A stretch of DNA of 64,000 bases. Source: Kiritimatiellia bacterium. Lineage in GTDB: Bacteria > Verrucomicrobiota > Kiritimatiellia > RFP12 > UBA1067. The position numbers and the translations under genes are program-made. Of this stretch, positions 47,139 through 57,456 are shown one piece after another; the first letter of the stretch is position 1, and every line of letters begins with the position of its first letter. The notes below the pieces were generated by a model. That model was given only the letters and a program-made list of their open reading frames with translations, made no database searches and was not told the DNA's origin. The stretch spans positions 13,320 to 77,319 of the forward strand of contig JAZOQU010000019.1 of NCBI GenBank assembly GCA_045656225.1. Reading direction: 5' to 3'.

Positions 47139-50100
47139 TTACGAGATTTCGGCGAGCTTCTTGAGGAGAGCGTAGTTCTCCTTGAAGCCCTGCTCGGCAC
47201 CCTTGAGCATAGCCTCGGCCTGCTCCTGACCAACCTTCTTGACGAGCTGCTTGAAGCGGTTCTCGCCGCAGTCCTTCGAGAGCGCACGCTCAGCGAAGCT
47301 GACGGTGTCGGACTTGTCGGCCGAGTCGAGCTGAAGCTTCTTCTCGGCGAGCGACGGATTGTAGCGCCAGAGCGGGAAGTGGACCGAGTCAACGGCAGCC
47401 TGCTGGTGGGCGGGACCCGTCTTCGTCAAGAGACCCTGCTCAATGCAGTGTGCGTAAGCGACGATGAGCGCGGGACCGTCATAGTTCTCAGCCTCGTTGA
47501 AGGCCTTGACCGTAGCGGCGGGATTAGCACCCATCGAGACGTAGGCGACGTAGACGTTCTTATACTGCATCTGCATGAGACCGAGGTTCTTCTTAGCCTG
47601 AACCTTACCGGAAGCGGCGAACTTAGCGATCGCGCCGGTAGGCGTAGCTTTGGAAGCCTGACCGCCGGTGTTGGAGTAGACTTCGGTATCCATGACGAGA
47701 ACCTTGACGTTCTTACCAGAGGCGAGAACATGGTCGAGACCACCGTAACCGATATCGTAGGCCCAGCCGTCACCACCGAGGATCCAGACGGACTTACGGA
47801 CGAGGTTATCAGCGACGGAGAGGAGCTGACGACCGACGGCGCAAGTGCAGGGGCCTTCCTTACCGGAGCAGCAGCCGTTCTTGAGAGCAGCCTTGAGCTC
47901 GGCGACGGCGGCGCGCATCTCTTCGACGCCCTGGCCCTTCTCGTCGTACTGGTTGATGCCCTTGATCTTCGTCAAGATCGCCTTGATGGCTTCAGGAGCC
48001 TCGGGCTTAGCGAGAACCTTGTCGACGAGTTCCATGGCGAAGCCGTAGAGCTTATCGGCAGAAACGCGCATACCGAGACCGAACTGAGCGTTGTCTTCGA
48101 AGAGCGAGTTGGACCACGCAGGACCACGGCCGTCGGCGCGCTGGCAGTACGGGGTCGTCGGGAGGTTACCGCCGTAGATCGACGAGCAGCCCGTCGCGTT
48201 GGCGATGAGGAGGCGGTCGCCGCAAAGCTGGGTAAGGAGCTTAACGTACGGAGTTTCGCCGCAGCCCGCGCAAGCGCCAGAGAACTCAAAGAGCGGACGC
48301 TTAAGCTGGCTATCGAGAAGCATCTTGGTGTTGAGCTTAGCAGGATCAACCTCAGGAAGATCGAGGAAGAACTTCCAGTTGGCAGCCTCGGTCTTACGCA
48401 GAGGAATCTGCTCAACCATCTTGAGCGCACCCTTAGCCTTCATCGGGCACTTAACGACGCAGAGTTCGCAGCCCATGCAGTCTTCAGGAGCGATCTGGAT
48501 GGTGACCTTCTCGCCGAACTTGGCGGTGAGCTTACCGGCGTCGACCGACTTGAACGTCTCGGGAGCGCCCTCGAGAGCGGCGGCGGGATAGACCTTCATG
48601 CGGATAGCGGCGTGAGGGCAGATAGCCAAGCAGTTGCCGCACTGGATACAGGAGGTAGGATCCCATGCGGGGATGAACGCGGCGACGTTGCGCTTCTCCC
48701 ACTGGGTCGTGGCGGTAGGCCATGTACCATCGTCGGGAATAGCGGAAACGGGAAGCTCGTTACCCTTCTGAGCGATCATCTTGGCGGTGACATTCTTGAT
48801 GAAGTCGGGAGCCTCGGCAGCGACCGTGGCGGGCATCTTAAGCTTGCCAGCCGTCTGAGCAGGATATTCAACCTTCTCAATCGCGGCGGAAGCGGCCTCG
48901 ATGCACTTCCAGTTCATCTCAACGACGTCCTGGCCCTTCTTGGAGTAAGCCTTCTCGGCGTAGTCCTTAAGAACCTGAATAGGATCGAGCTCGGTGCCGT
49001 CGGCCTTGGTGAGCTTAATGCCGGAGAGCTTGAAGAACGCAGTCTGGAGAACCGTGTTCGTACGCGTACCCATACCGTTCTCGCGAGCGATCTTAGCAGC
49101 GTCGATTACGTAGAACTGGAGCTTCTTATCGATAATAGCCTGCTCGACTTCATCGGGCATGTGATCCCAGATCTCAGCAGCCGTGTAGGGCGAAGCGAGG
49201 AGGAATACGGAGCCGGGCTTAGCGGCCTTGAGCATGTCATACTTCTCAAGGTAGGGGAAGCAGTGGCAAGCGGTGAAATCGGCCGAGTTGATGAAGTAGG
49301 GGCTGCGGATGAGCTCGCTACCAAAGCGGAGGTGGGAGATCGTAACGCCGCCGGACTTCTTGGAGTCGTACTCGAAATAACCCTGAGCGTAGTTCTCGGT
49401 GTAGTTACCGATGATCTTAATGGAGTTCTTATTAGCACCAACCGTACCGTCAGCGCCGAGACCCCAGAACATGCACTCCTTGCGGTCGCCCTTAGGAACG
49501 ACGAATTCGGAGTCGCCGAGGATGTAGCGGCCCATGACGTCATCGACGATACCGACGACGAAGTGGTCGACGGGCTTCTCGGCAGTCATGTTCGCGTAGA
49601 TGTTGGCGCACATCTGAGGAGTGAAGTCCTTTGAACCGATACCGTAGCGGCCGGCGAGAACCTTCGGATAAGCGTAGGAAATGATGCCTTCCTGCTTGGC
49701 CTGGCCGATCGCGGCGCAGACGTCGAGGTAGAGAGGATCATTGGCGCCAGGCTCTTTCGTGCGGTCGAGAACGGTGATGCACTTGACCGTAGCGGGAATG
49801 GCGGCGACGAAATCCTTCATCGAGAAAGGACGATAGAGGTGTACCTTGACGAGGCCGACCTTCTTGCCTTCCTTAACGAGAGCTTCGACGGTCTCGTGGA
49901 GCGTATCGCAGCCCGAGCCCATGGCGATGACGACGTACTCGGCATCAGCGGCGCCGACGTAATCGTAAAGCTTGTACTGGCGGCCAGTAAGCTTAGCGAG
50001 CTTATCCATGTACTTTTGGACGATGGCGGGAGTGGCGACATAGTACTTCTCGCAGCTCTCGCGGCCCTGGAAGTTGATGTCTGGGTTCTGAGCCGTACCG

Positions 50101-50744
50101 CGCATCGTGGGATGCTCAGGATCGAGAGCGCGCTTACGGAAATCTTCAACATACTCCTCTTCGATCATCTCGCGGATCTGCTCCATCGAGATTTCGTCGA
50201 TCTTCTGGACTTCGTGGGAAGTGCGGAAGCCGTCGAAGAAGTGGAGGAACGGAACCTTGGCCTCGAGCGTCGAAGCGTGGGCGACCATCGCCATATCGTG
50301 GGACTCCTGAACAGAGTTCGAGCAGAGCATCGCGAAACCAGTCTGACGGCAAGCCATAACGTCGCCATGGTCACCGAAAATGCAAAGACCCTGGCAAGCG
50401 AGCGAGCGGGCGGAAACGTGGAAGACCGAAGGAGCGAGCTCACCGGCGATCTTGTACATATTGGGGATCATGAGGAGCAAGCCCTGAGACGCCGTAAAGG
50501 TCGTCGTCAAAGAGCCGGTCGTCAACGAACCGTGAACAGCACCAGCAGCGCCGCCTTCAGATTCCATTTCGACGATCGAGGGAATCGAGCCCCAGATGTT
50601 CGTCTTCGCGAGAGAAGCGAGCTCGTCGCACGTCTCAGCCATAGGCGAGGACGGGGTGATCGGATAGATCGCGGCCACTTCGGAGCACGCGAACGCGATT
50701 TGGGCGGCGGCGGTATTGCCGTCAACCATGATCTTTTTAGCCAT
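47139..50744 (-). CDS. nifJ: Pyruvate:ferredoxin (flavodoxin) oxidoreductase
   Basis: AIYPITPSS, EMESEGGAAG, two CxxCxxC ferredoxin motifs, FSGACAGCGETPY and GGDGWAYDIG. Confidence 0.97.
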   Translation of the reverse strand: MAKKIMVDGNTAAAQIAFACSEVAAIYPITPSSPMAETCDELASLAKTNIWGSIPSIVEMESEGGAAGAVHGSLTTGSLTTTFTASQGLLLMIPNMYKIAGELAPSVFHVSARSLACQGLCIFGDHGDVMACRQTGFAMLCSNSVQESHDMAMVAHASTLEAKVPFLHFFDGFRTSHEVQKIDEISMEQIREMIEEEYVEDFRKRALDPEHPTMRGTAQNPDINFQGRESCEKYYVATPAIVQKYMDKLAKLTGRQYKLYDYVGAADAEYVVIAMGSGCDTLHETVEALVKEGKKVGLVKVHLYRPFSMKDFVAAIPATVKCITVLDRTKEPGANDPLYLDVCAAIGQAKQEGIISYAYPKVLAGRYGIGSKDFTPQMCANIYANMTAEKPVDHFVVGIVDDVMGRYILGDSEFVVPKGDRKECMFWGLGADGTVGANKNSIKIIGNYTENYAQGYFEYDSKKSGGVTISHLRFGSELIRSPYFINSADFTACHCFPYLEKYDMLKAAKPGSVFLLASPYTAAEIWDHMPDEVEQAIIDKKLQFYVIDAAKIARENGMGTRTNTVLQTAFFKLSGIKLTKADGTELDPIQVLKDYAEKAYSKKGQDVVEMNWKCIEAASAAIEKVEYPAQTAGKLKMPATVAAEAPDFIKNVTAKMIAQKGNELPVSAIPDDGTWPTATTQWEKRNVAAFIPAWDPTSCIQCGNCLAICPHAAIRMKVYPAAALEGAPETFKSVDAGKLTAKFGEKVTIQIAPEDCMGCELCVVKCPMKAKGALKMVEQIPLRKTEAANWKFFLDLPEVDPAKLNTKMLLDSQLKRPLFEFSGACAGCGETPYVKLLTQLCGDRLLIANATGCSSIYGGNLPTTPYCQRADGRGPAWSNSLFEDNAQFGLGMRVSADKLYGFAMELVDKVLAKPEAPEAIKAILTKIKGINQYDEKGQGVEEMRAAVAELKAALKNGCCSGKEGPCTCAVGRQLLSVADNLVRKSVWILGGDGWAYDIGYGGLDHVLASGKNVKVLVMDTEVYSNTGGQASKATPTGAIAKFAASGKVQAKKNLGLMQMQYKNVYVAYVSMGANPAATVKAFNEAENYDGPALIVAYAHCIEQGLLTKTGPAHQQAAVDSVHFPLWRYNPSLAEKKLQLDSADKSDTVSFAERALSKDCGENRFKQLVKKVGQEQAEAMLKGAEQGFKENYALLKKLAEIS

Positions 50745-50871
50745 TTTCCTTTTCCTTCACTTTATTTAGTGTTGTTAAATTAAAATCGATGTTCTTGTAT
50801 TATACCAAACTTTGATTCTCTTTGCATAGAGTTTCCAATCAGATTCATACTTGGATGCGACACCGGTTAAA

Positions 50872-51651
50872 CTACCTGAATATCCGATATCCAAGCATCC
50901 CGATCCATTCGTGAAATGCTACAGAATTGAGATGAAGCGTATATGCATCAGCTCCGAAACGCCGCCACCATGAAGAATTCTCAATCAATGCCATCATCTC
51001 AAAATCTGCAGGCGCGAAAAAAACCTGAAGTTCCGGGGCGTACTTTTCAAACATCATTCTCGCACGTTTCATATGCCATGCGCTCGTCACAAGCAGAATC
51101 CTCCGTCGCCCAGTTCCCCCGCCGGACACCAGTCTTCCTACCCCACGCGCCTCCTCTTCCGTATTTCGAGCGTCCAAAAACTTAACACGCTCAGCGTCGA
51201 CCCCCATATCCTTCAATAATCCAAGGGTGCTTTCGCGCGACTTGTCGCCTGTCGCGATAATCACCGGAGCTTTGCCGGCTTTCCAGAGTCTTGCGGCCTG
51301 CCACACTCTGTCTGCGCTTGCGGACATTTCGGCGTAGGGGCTCAATTCGGCATTAACGCCCATCGAACCGCCAAGAACGACAATCGCATCAACGGCTGAA
51401 AATGATTCAACCTCCGGCACTCGGCCATCTTTTAGAAATTCGCTCTCAAGCGGCGCGCCGACAATCACCGTCATGAACGGCGTTGACCAAAACCATAACA
51501 GAGCGGCAGCGCCGGCTGCAATACAGTACCCGGACCGTCTTCGCCGCTTCAAGGCAAAGAACATCCCGACCGATGCGATTACACCCGCCATCACCAACGG
51601 ATTTATCAATACTCCAACCAATTTGTTTATATAATACATATTGCGGAACAT
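50872..51651 (-). CDS. YdcF/ElyC (DUF218) family membrane protein
   Basis: DAIVVLGG, ARNTEEEA, LVTSAWHMKRA and HEWIG. Confidence 0.88.
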   Translation of the reverse strand: MFRNMYYINKLVGVLINPLVMAGVIASVGMFFALKRRRRSGYCIAAGAAALLWFWSTPFMTVIVGAPLESEFLKDGRVPEVESFSAVDAIVVLGGSMGVNAELSPYAEMSASADRVWQAARLWKAGKAPVIIATGDKSRESTLGLLKDMGVDAERVKFLDARNTEEEARGVGRLVSGGGTGRRRILLVTSAWHMKRARMMFEKYAPELQVFFAPADFEMMALIENSSWWRRFGADAYTLHLNSVAFHEWIGMLGYRIFR

Positions 51652-51698
51652 TATACTAAATTCATGCGGCGTTCGCAGTCACATTCATGTCAAATAGG

Positions 51699-51740
51699 TA
51701 AAAAAAGAGAAAGAACCGTCGCCTTGGCAACGGTTCTTTC
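51699..51740 (-). terminator. Intrinsic terminator after rplI
   Basis: GAAAGAACCGT...ACGGTTCTTTC stem, followed on the minus strand by a T-rich run. Confidence 0.75.
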
Positions 51741-51762
51741 GCAATCTCGGTCCGACGAGGAA

Positions 51763-52233
51763 TCAAGCCTCGGCGGAAGCCTGCTCGTCAAGAATCGTGA
51801 TTTTGAACTTGACGACTACGCCCTGACCGAGGTCGATGGCAGCCTCGTATTCGCCGACTTCGCGGAGCGAGTCTTCGATGGAGAGCTGGCTGCGCTCAAG
51901 CGCAACACCGCGATTAGCCTCGATGGCGGCGAGAATGTCGGAGACGCTGACGGCGCCGTAAAGCTTCTTGCCGTCGGTCGTGGCGGCAGAAACGGTGAGC
52001 TCGAGCTTTTCGAGCTTCTTGGCGACTTCGAGAGCGGCCTTCTTCTCCTCGGCGGCGCGGGCTGCGCGCTCGGCCTCGAGCTTTTTAAGACGACGCTTGG
52101 CAGCCTCGGTGGCGACCGCGGCGAGACCCTGAGTGAAGAGGTAGTTGCGGGCATAACCGGGGGCGACCTTGACGATCTCGCCGGCCTTGCCGAGCTTCTT
52201 CACGTTATCCATGAGCATAACTTCAATAGCCAT
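51763..52233 (-). CDS. rplI: 50S ribosomal protein L9
   Basis: LGKAGEIVKVAPGYARNYL and GKKLYGAVS. Confidence 0.96.
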   Translation of the reverse strand: MAIEVMLMDNVKKLGKAGEIVKVAPGYARNYLFTQGLAAVATEAAKRRLKKLEAERAARAAEEKKAALEVAKKLEKLELTVSAATTDGKKLYGAVSVSDILAAIEANRGVALERSQLSIEDSLREVGEYEAAIDLGQGVVVKFKITILDEQASAEA

Positions 52234-52250
52234 TTTCGAACTCCTTTCGA

Positions 52251-52481
52251 TTAAGCCATGAGGCCCATGTTGCGCGCACGCTTTACACCCTGGCGGATCT
52301 GACGCTGCTGAGCGGCGGTGACGCCGGTGATGCGAGCGGGAAGAATCTTGCCGTAATCGGTAATGTAGTAGCTGAGCGTTTCAATATCGTTAACGTCGAT
52401 CTGATCCTTAGGACCGAGCGGCGGGCGCTTTCTCGCGGCGAATTCTTCACCTGCAGAGCTGTTGGATTTTTTGAAAGCCAT
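52251..52481 (-). CDS. rpsR: 30S ribosomal protein S18 (no zinc-binding cysteines)
   Basis: YITDYGKILPARITG...QRQI..GVKRAR.MGL. Confidence 0.94.
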   Translation of the reverse strand: MAFKKSNSSAGEEFAARKRPPLGPKDQIDVNDIETLSYYITDYGKILPARITGVTAAQQRQIRQGVKRARNMGLMA

Positions 52482-52517
52482 TTTGGTTTCCTCTGTATAG
52501 ATTGTTATTTACGTGTA

Positions 52518-52934
52518 TCAGAACGGGATATCATCAGGGTCGCTCTCAAGCGAATTGGGCACGACGGGAGCCTCATGACGCTGAGGACCGCCGCCGAGGC
52601 GATCTCCCTGCGGGAGGAACTTGATCGTGGAAGCCCTGACTTTGAGCTTCTGGTGCTTAACACCGTCCTTTTCCCATGAATCCATCTGCAGACGACCCTC
52701 AACGAGAATCGTCCTGCCCTTTGACAGGTACTGTCCGCACAATTCGGCGAGTTTATCCCAGGCGTCGACATCGACAAACACGGGAAACTCCTGAATCTGA
52801 CCGTTGCGGTCTTTGCGGCGCTCGTTGACGGCAATGCCGAGACGGGCGACTTTCATGCCGCTCGAACCGGTTGCACGGACATCGGGGTCGCGCGTCAGAT
52901 TACCCATCAGGATTACTTTATTGAAAGAGGCCAT
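52518..52934 (-). CDS. ssb: Single-stranded DNA-binding protein
   Basis: FNKVILMGNLTRDP, VEGRLQ and C-terminal DDIPF. Confidence 0.96.
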   Translation of the reverse strand: MASFNKVILMGNLTRDPDVRATGSSGMKVARLGIAVNERRKDRNGQIQEFPVFVDVDAWDKLAELCGQYLSKGRTILVEGRLQMDSWEKDGVKHQKLKVRASTIKFLPQGDRLGGGPQRHEAPVVPNSLESDPDDIPF

Positions 52935-52951
52935 AACCCGTTCCGTTCTTT

Positions 52952-53338
52952 TTACGCTTCAACTGCGGTCGCGGCAGCCGCGGCGGCAGCATCCTTCTTG
53001 GCCTGACGTTCGGCGCGGGCCGCACGCTCCTCGACGAGCTTGGCCTCACGGCGCTCATCAACCGCGAGAATCTGAACGCGGAAGACTTCTTCGACGAGAC
53101 GGTAGCGGGCGAGGAGTTCGGAAACCTTGGCGGGATCGAGCTCCATGCGGACCTTCACGTAAACACCGCTGTCCTTCTTGGACATCGGACGGGAAAACAT
53201 GCGCTTTCCGAGAGACTCGGTCGTAAGCACGTTGCCGCCGACGCGGGCGACCTCGGCGAGAGCCTTCTCGAGATTGGCGTTCAAGGCATCATCCTTGGAG
53301 ATGCCGACGAAGATATAGAGAGCATCATACTTCTTCAT
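52952..53338 (-). CDS. rpsF: 30S ribosomal protein S6
   Basis: MKKYDALYIF, LGKRMFSRPMSKKDSGVY; position before ssb-rpsR-rplI. Confidence 0.9.
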   Translation of the reverse strand: MKKYDALYIFVGISKDDALNANLEKALAEVARVGGNVLTTESLGKRMFSRPMSKKDSGVYVKVRMELDPAKVSELLARYRLVEEVFRVQILAVDERREAKLVEERAARAERQAKKDAAAAAAATAVEA

Positions 53339-53967
53339 TACTTCTTCTCCTCATCCTTACCCTTCTTGATCACATCGGGCGACTTGTCGCCGGCGGCAGA
53401 GGCCGCATCGGCCGGAGCCTTGACGACGGCAACGGCGAGCTCGCCGCGCGTAACAATCGTCTGCTTCTCACCGAGCTGGAGGTCACGGACGAAGAGCGTC
53501 TGATCGAGACCGAGCTGGGAGACGTCGATGAGGAACTTCTCGGCGATGTCTTCGGGGAGGCAGTCGACTTCGATCGTACGGAGAGCCTGCTGAAGAATAC
53601 CGCCGCCGATCTTAACGCCGACGGCTTCGCCGGTCAGGTAGATCGGTACTTTTACGCGAACCTTCTCGGTGAGAGAAACTTCGCTGAAATCCACGTGAAT
53701 GGGAGTACCGGCGAGAACATCGTTCTGCATTTCACGCATAAGCGCAGGTACTTCCTTACCGTCCATGTCAAGCGTGACGAGGAGCTGCTTGCTCGCGCGG
53801 CCGCGCATTGCCATCATGAAGTCGTGGGCAGGAAGCTTGATGAGTTCCGTGCCGCCCTTCTTCATCTTCATCACCGAGCCGGGAATCATACCCGTACGGC
53901 GCAAACGGCGAACAGCACCGGTACCCTGTTCGGTACGGACAGCCGCCTTGATTTTGATCTGAGCCAT
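53338..53967 (-). CDS. rplY: 50S ribosomal protein L25/Ctc
   Basis: GAVRRLRRTGMIPG, IHVDF and VPIYLTGEAVGVKIGGGIL. Confidence 0.93.
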   Translation of the reverse strand: MAQIKIKAAVRTEQGTGAVRRLRRTGMIPGSVMKMKKGGTELIKLPAHDFMMAMRGRASKQLLVTLDMDGKEVPALMREMQNDVLAGTPIHVDFSEVSLTEKVRVKVPIYLTGEAVGVKIGGGILQQALRTIEVDCLPEDIAEKFLIDVSQLGLDQTLFVRDLQLGEKQTIVTRGELAVAVVKAPADAASAAGDKSPDVIKKGKDEEKK

Positions 53968-54101
53968 TTTTTACCTTGGTTTTATCAGTTTACTGTCACG
54001 TACTCTCGCGCACGCACGCTACACTCCGCGACAAAACGGCAAATATTATATCAAATATGACATATCAGCCGCAATAGCCAAAAATATGTTATAATTAAAA
54101 T

Positions 54102-55064
54102 ATGAAAAGAAGTGCAAAAAACGTTTTCGTGCTGTCCGCATTTATTCTCTCGCAGATCGCCATAGCCGATGTTTCCGCAAAGAACGGCCTGACAGCAGAT
54201 ATTGACCCCGTCGTACTCAGCCATTTCCCCGCAGAACTCAGATCCAAACCCATGCGCTCGGCATCCGTCAGAAACCTTTCCGAAGGCGTTACATATCTCT
54301 CGGCACATTTCGACAACCTCTTCGGCGACGGACCTGTTGCTACACACTGGCTTTTGATCGACTGGAAAAAGGCCAAAGACATATCGCTCAACATCGCACG
54401 TCACGATAAACGCCGCGAACGCCCGAGCCTGCTGGCGGCGGAAACGAAAGCTCTTGCCTGCATAAACGGCGTGTACCACTCTACCGTCGACCCGTCCACC
54501 CCGTATTTCCAGCTCAAAGTCGACGGTAAAATGATACCTTCAAAATACCCGAACGGTGAAGCGACGCTCGCGTTCAACGCCGGCGAAGAACCCGTCATAC
54601 GCCGCTTCGGTAAAGACCTTCTCGAGAAGTACGACAATGTGATGTCCTGCGACGGAGTGCCCGGCTACGGAAAAACCCTTCCCGACTACTCCGACAAATC
54701 TCCGAAGGCCTGCAAAAAACGCGCCGCCTGCCGCGCCCCACGCACCTTCGCCGGCAACAATTTAACAAACCGCATTACCGTAATCGGAATCGCGGATGGC
54801 CGCCAGAAACATTCCATCGGCGTAAATTATGTAGAGCTACGCTATCTTCTCGAAAAGTTCGGATGTGATCCGAAAGCGCTTATTTCAATGGACGGCGGCG
54901 GGTCGACGATGATGGGTCTGCGCGACAGCGAAACCGTCTCCATCGTCAACAAGCCTTCCGACGGCAATGAGCGCCGGGTCTCCGAATCACTCCAGATTCT
55001 TGATTCCAAATCGAAAAAAAGACTCATTCGACAGGGCGGACGCGGCGAGTCGCGACAGCCGTAA
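54102..55064 (+). CDS. Secreted phosphodiester glycosidase (NAGPA) family protein
   Basis: Signal peptide; CINGVY, APRTFAG, ADGR, MDGGGST and VNKPSDG.ER.V. Confidence 0.85.
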   Translation: MKRSAKNVFVLSAFILSQIAIADVSAKNGLTADIDPVVLSHFPAELRSKPMRSASVRNLSEGVTYLSAHFDNLFGDGPVATHWLLIDWKKAKDISLNIARHDKRRERPSLLAAETKALACINGVYHSTVDPSTPYFQLKVDGKMIPSKYPNGEATLAFNAGEEPVIRRFGKDLLEKYDNVMSCDGVPGYGKTLPDYSDKSPKACKKRAACRAPRTFAGNNLTNRITVIGIADGRQKHSIGVNYVELRYLLEKFGCDPKALISMDGGGSTMMGLRDSETVSIVNKPSDGNERRVSESLQILDSKSKKRLIRQGGRGESRQP

Positions 55065-57441
55065 AAGGATCTTCGGGCCAATAATGCTTAGGGTAACGTC
55101 CGCGCATATCCTTGCGTACGAGCGGATAGCCCTCTTTCCAGAAAAACGCGAGATCCTTCGTTATCTGTATCGGACGCTGCGCGGGCGATAAAAGCGTCAT
55201 AACGACCGGCACTCTGCCGCCCAGAACCTTCGGCGTTTCAAGAAGCCCGAAGCATTCCTGAAGTCTTACTTCCACGGTAGGTTCATCGCCTTCGTAATGA
55301 ACAAGCATGTGACTGCCGCTCGGAACTTCGAGGCGCTGCGGCGCAAGACGGTCAAGCTCGCGCCTGTCATGACCTGATTCGAGAAGGATAAAATCGATCA
55401 CGGCGAAAAGATCTATCTTCTCAAGATCCTTCCACTTCGAAACAGCGCCCACGAAACCTTCAAGGCCGCGAAGAATAGCCTCGTCCGTAAGTTCGGGCCA
55501 GGTCGGATCGTTTTCGTGGACATGCCGGAAAACGAAATTTACGCGCTCTTTAAGTTGCATGGACTCTTTGGTCCAGCAGGGCATATTCTCAACGCCCTTA
55601 AACCTGATTCCGTCGATGACAGCGCGCACCGCCTCTTCGCTTCCGGCCTTCTTCAACGGCTTTTCATTGAGCGAGACCGATCCGAGCATCCTGCGCGCAA
55701 CAGCTTTGACCGAATCCGTGCGGCGATCCCATTCGCAGACTTCCTTTTCTGTTATGAAATCCGCAAACATCTCCTCAACCTCTTCTCGCCCGACGGGAGA
55801 CGCCAAAAATATTTTCGCGTTGCCTAATCTGTCGTCAAGTTCGCAACATACGATAAACTCAGCTTTCGCCATCGGATCGGAACTCTCTAAGGTCGCGCCT
55901 CGTCCGGAAACCATGACGAAGCTTCCGTTGCCGCGGTTTTTAGCGATTCGGTCGGGATAGGCGAGAGCAAGTGACGCGCCCTCGGTCATCGGCTTCGCCG
56001 TGCGAGAAAAATCGGAAACGAACCGTTCGAATCTTTTTGAAAGCTGTATCGCCCGCCGCGCAAAAGGTTTGTTCGGCAATTCCTTGATTTCATCAAGAAT
56101 CTTTCTTATATCGGTTTCGCGCGTCTTGACACCCTCCTCGATTATCGCGGCTAAAAGCGCAACATCCGCCGAATTAGAACCGAGCAGCATATTCGCGAGA
56201 CGGGGATGCATCGGCATGCGCGACATCTTCTCGCCTTTCTCCGTAAGTCGGCCGGAATCGTTCAGCGCGCCCAGTTGTTTCAGAAGGCCCGTCGCCTGTT
56301 CCCATGCGCTCGCGGCGGGCGGCGTCAGCCATGGCAGATCCGCGCGCGAAACCGCTCCCCACGAAACGCTGGTGAGAACGAGCGAGCACAGATCGGCGTC
56401 TAAAATCTCCGGCGTCATTTTTGCCGGTCGCGCCGCCTCGGCACCCTCTTCCCAGAGACGGTAGCATACACCGGCCTGAACGCGACCGGCGCGGCCTCTT
56501 CGCTGTTCGGCGCGGTCGTGCGAGAGAGGAAGCGTCACGAGCTCAGTCATTCCCGTACGGGGTGAAAATCTTGGAACGCGCATTAGCCCGGAATCGATTA
56601 CGCAAACTATGCCGGGTATCGTAAGAGAAGTTTCGGCAATTGATGTCGCGAGAATGACCTTACGGCGGCGGGACGGTTCGAAAACTCTATCCTGCTCCTC
56701 CTTGGGAAGGCTTCCGTACAACGGCAGAATATCGATATCGCCGAGATGATCGAGCGATTCCGCGGCGCGGCGGATTTCACCCTCTCCCGGAAGAAAAACG
56801 AGTATATCACCCTCCGTCTCCTTTATCGCGCGCGACACAGCACCAGAAACAGTCATATCGCCTAAATAGCGCGTTTCGACCGGAAACATGCGTCCCTCGG
56901 CACAGACGACTTCGGCATCTCCAAGATGATTTGAAACCTCGGCCGCATCCAATGTCGCCGACATCACCATAAGCCTCAGGTCGGGTCTGAGAGCGCGGCG
57001 GACTTCAAGAGCGAGAGCGAAACTCAAATCGCACGCAAGGGAACGCTCGTGGAATTCGTCGAAAATAACAAGTCCGACATCGGACAGTTCAGGATCAGAT
57101 ATAAGACGCTGGGTCAAAAGCCCTTCCGTCAAAATTTCAAGACGGGTGGACGAAGAGATTTTCCGCTCGAGCCTGACCTGATAACCGACAAGTCCGCCGA
57201 CGGAAGTGCCGAGCTTTGACGCGATATACGAAGCCGAAGAGCGTGCGGCGAGCCTGCGCGGCTCGAGCATGATGATCTTTTTGCCTTCTATCCACGGCTC
57301 ATCCAACAGCGCAGCCGGAACACATGTCGTCTTTCCGCTCCCGGGTAGCGCCGTGAGAACGAGCGATCTGTTTTTCGCAAGAGCGCACTTCAGTTCGCCC
57401 AGCTTCTCTTCAACGGGGAACCTCGTCTTTGTCATTGACAA
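55024..57441 (-). CDS. hrpB: ATP-dependent helicase HrpB
   Basis: PGSGKTT, FDEFHER, MSAT, ATSIAETSLTI, QRRGRAGR and GRYPKHYWPEDP. Confidence 0.96.
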   Translation of the reverse strand: MSMTKTRFPVEEKLGELKCALAKNRSLVLTALPGSGKTTCVPAALLDEPWIEGKKIIMLEPRRLAARSSASYIASKLGTSVGGLVGYQVRLERKISSSTRLEILTEGLLTQRLISDPELSDVGLVIFDEFHERSLACDLSFALALEVRRALRPDLRLMVMSATLDAAEVSNHLGDAEVVCAEGRMFPVETRYLGDMTVSGAVSRAIKETEGDILVFLPGEGEIRRAAESLDHLGDIDILPLYGSLPKEEQDRVFEPSRRRKVILATSIAETSLTIPGIVCVIDSGLMRVPRFSPRTGMTELVTLPLSHDRAEQRRGRAGRVQAGVCYRLWEEGAEAARPAKMTPEILDADLCSLVLTSVSWGAVSRADLPWLTPPAASAWEQATGLLKQLGALNDSGRLTEKGEKMSRMPMHPRLANMLLGSNSADVALLAAIIEEGVKTRETDIRKILDEIKELPNKPFARRAIQLSKRFERFVSDFSRTAKPMTEGASLALAYPDRIAKNRGNGSFVMVSGRGATLESSDPMAKAEFIVCCELDDRLGNAKIFLASPVGREEVEEMFADFITEKEVCEWDRRTDSVKAVARRMLGSVSLNEKPLKKAGSEEAVRAVIDGIRFKGVENMPCWTKESMQLKERVNFVFRHVHENDPTWPELTDEAILRGLEGFVGAVSKWKDLEKIDLFAVIDFILLESGHDRRELDRLAPQRLEVPSGSHMLVHYEGDEPTVEVRLQECFGLLETPKVLGGRVPVVMTLLSPAQRPIQITKDLAFFWKEGYPLVRKDMRGRYPKHYWPEDPFTAVATRRVRPVE

Positions 57442-57456
57442 TGTGCTGATTTAATT

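Noticed and set aside
47103-50783. Long plus-strand ORFs (843 aa and 314 aa) opposite nifJ
   Set aside because: Antisense shadows of a highly codon-biased gene; no recognisable motifs.
51664-54060. Plus-strand ORFs over the ribosomal protein genes
   Set aside because: Antisense shadows of rplI, ssb, rpsF and rplY.
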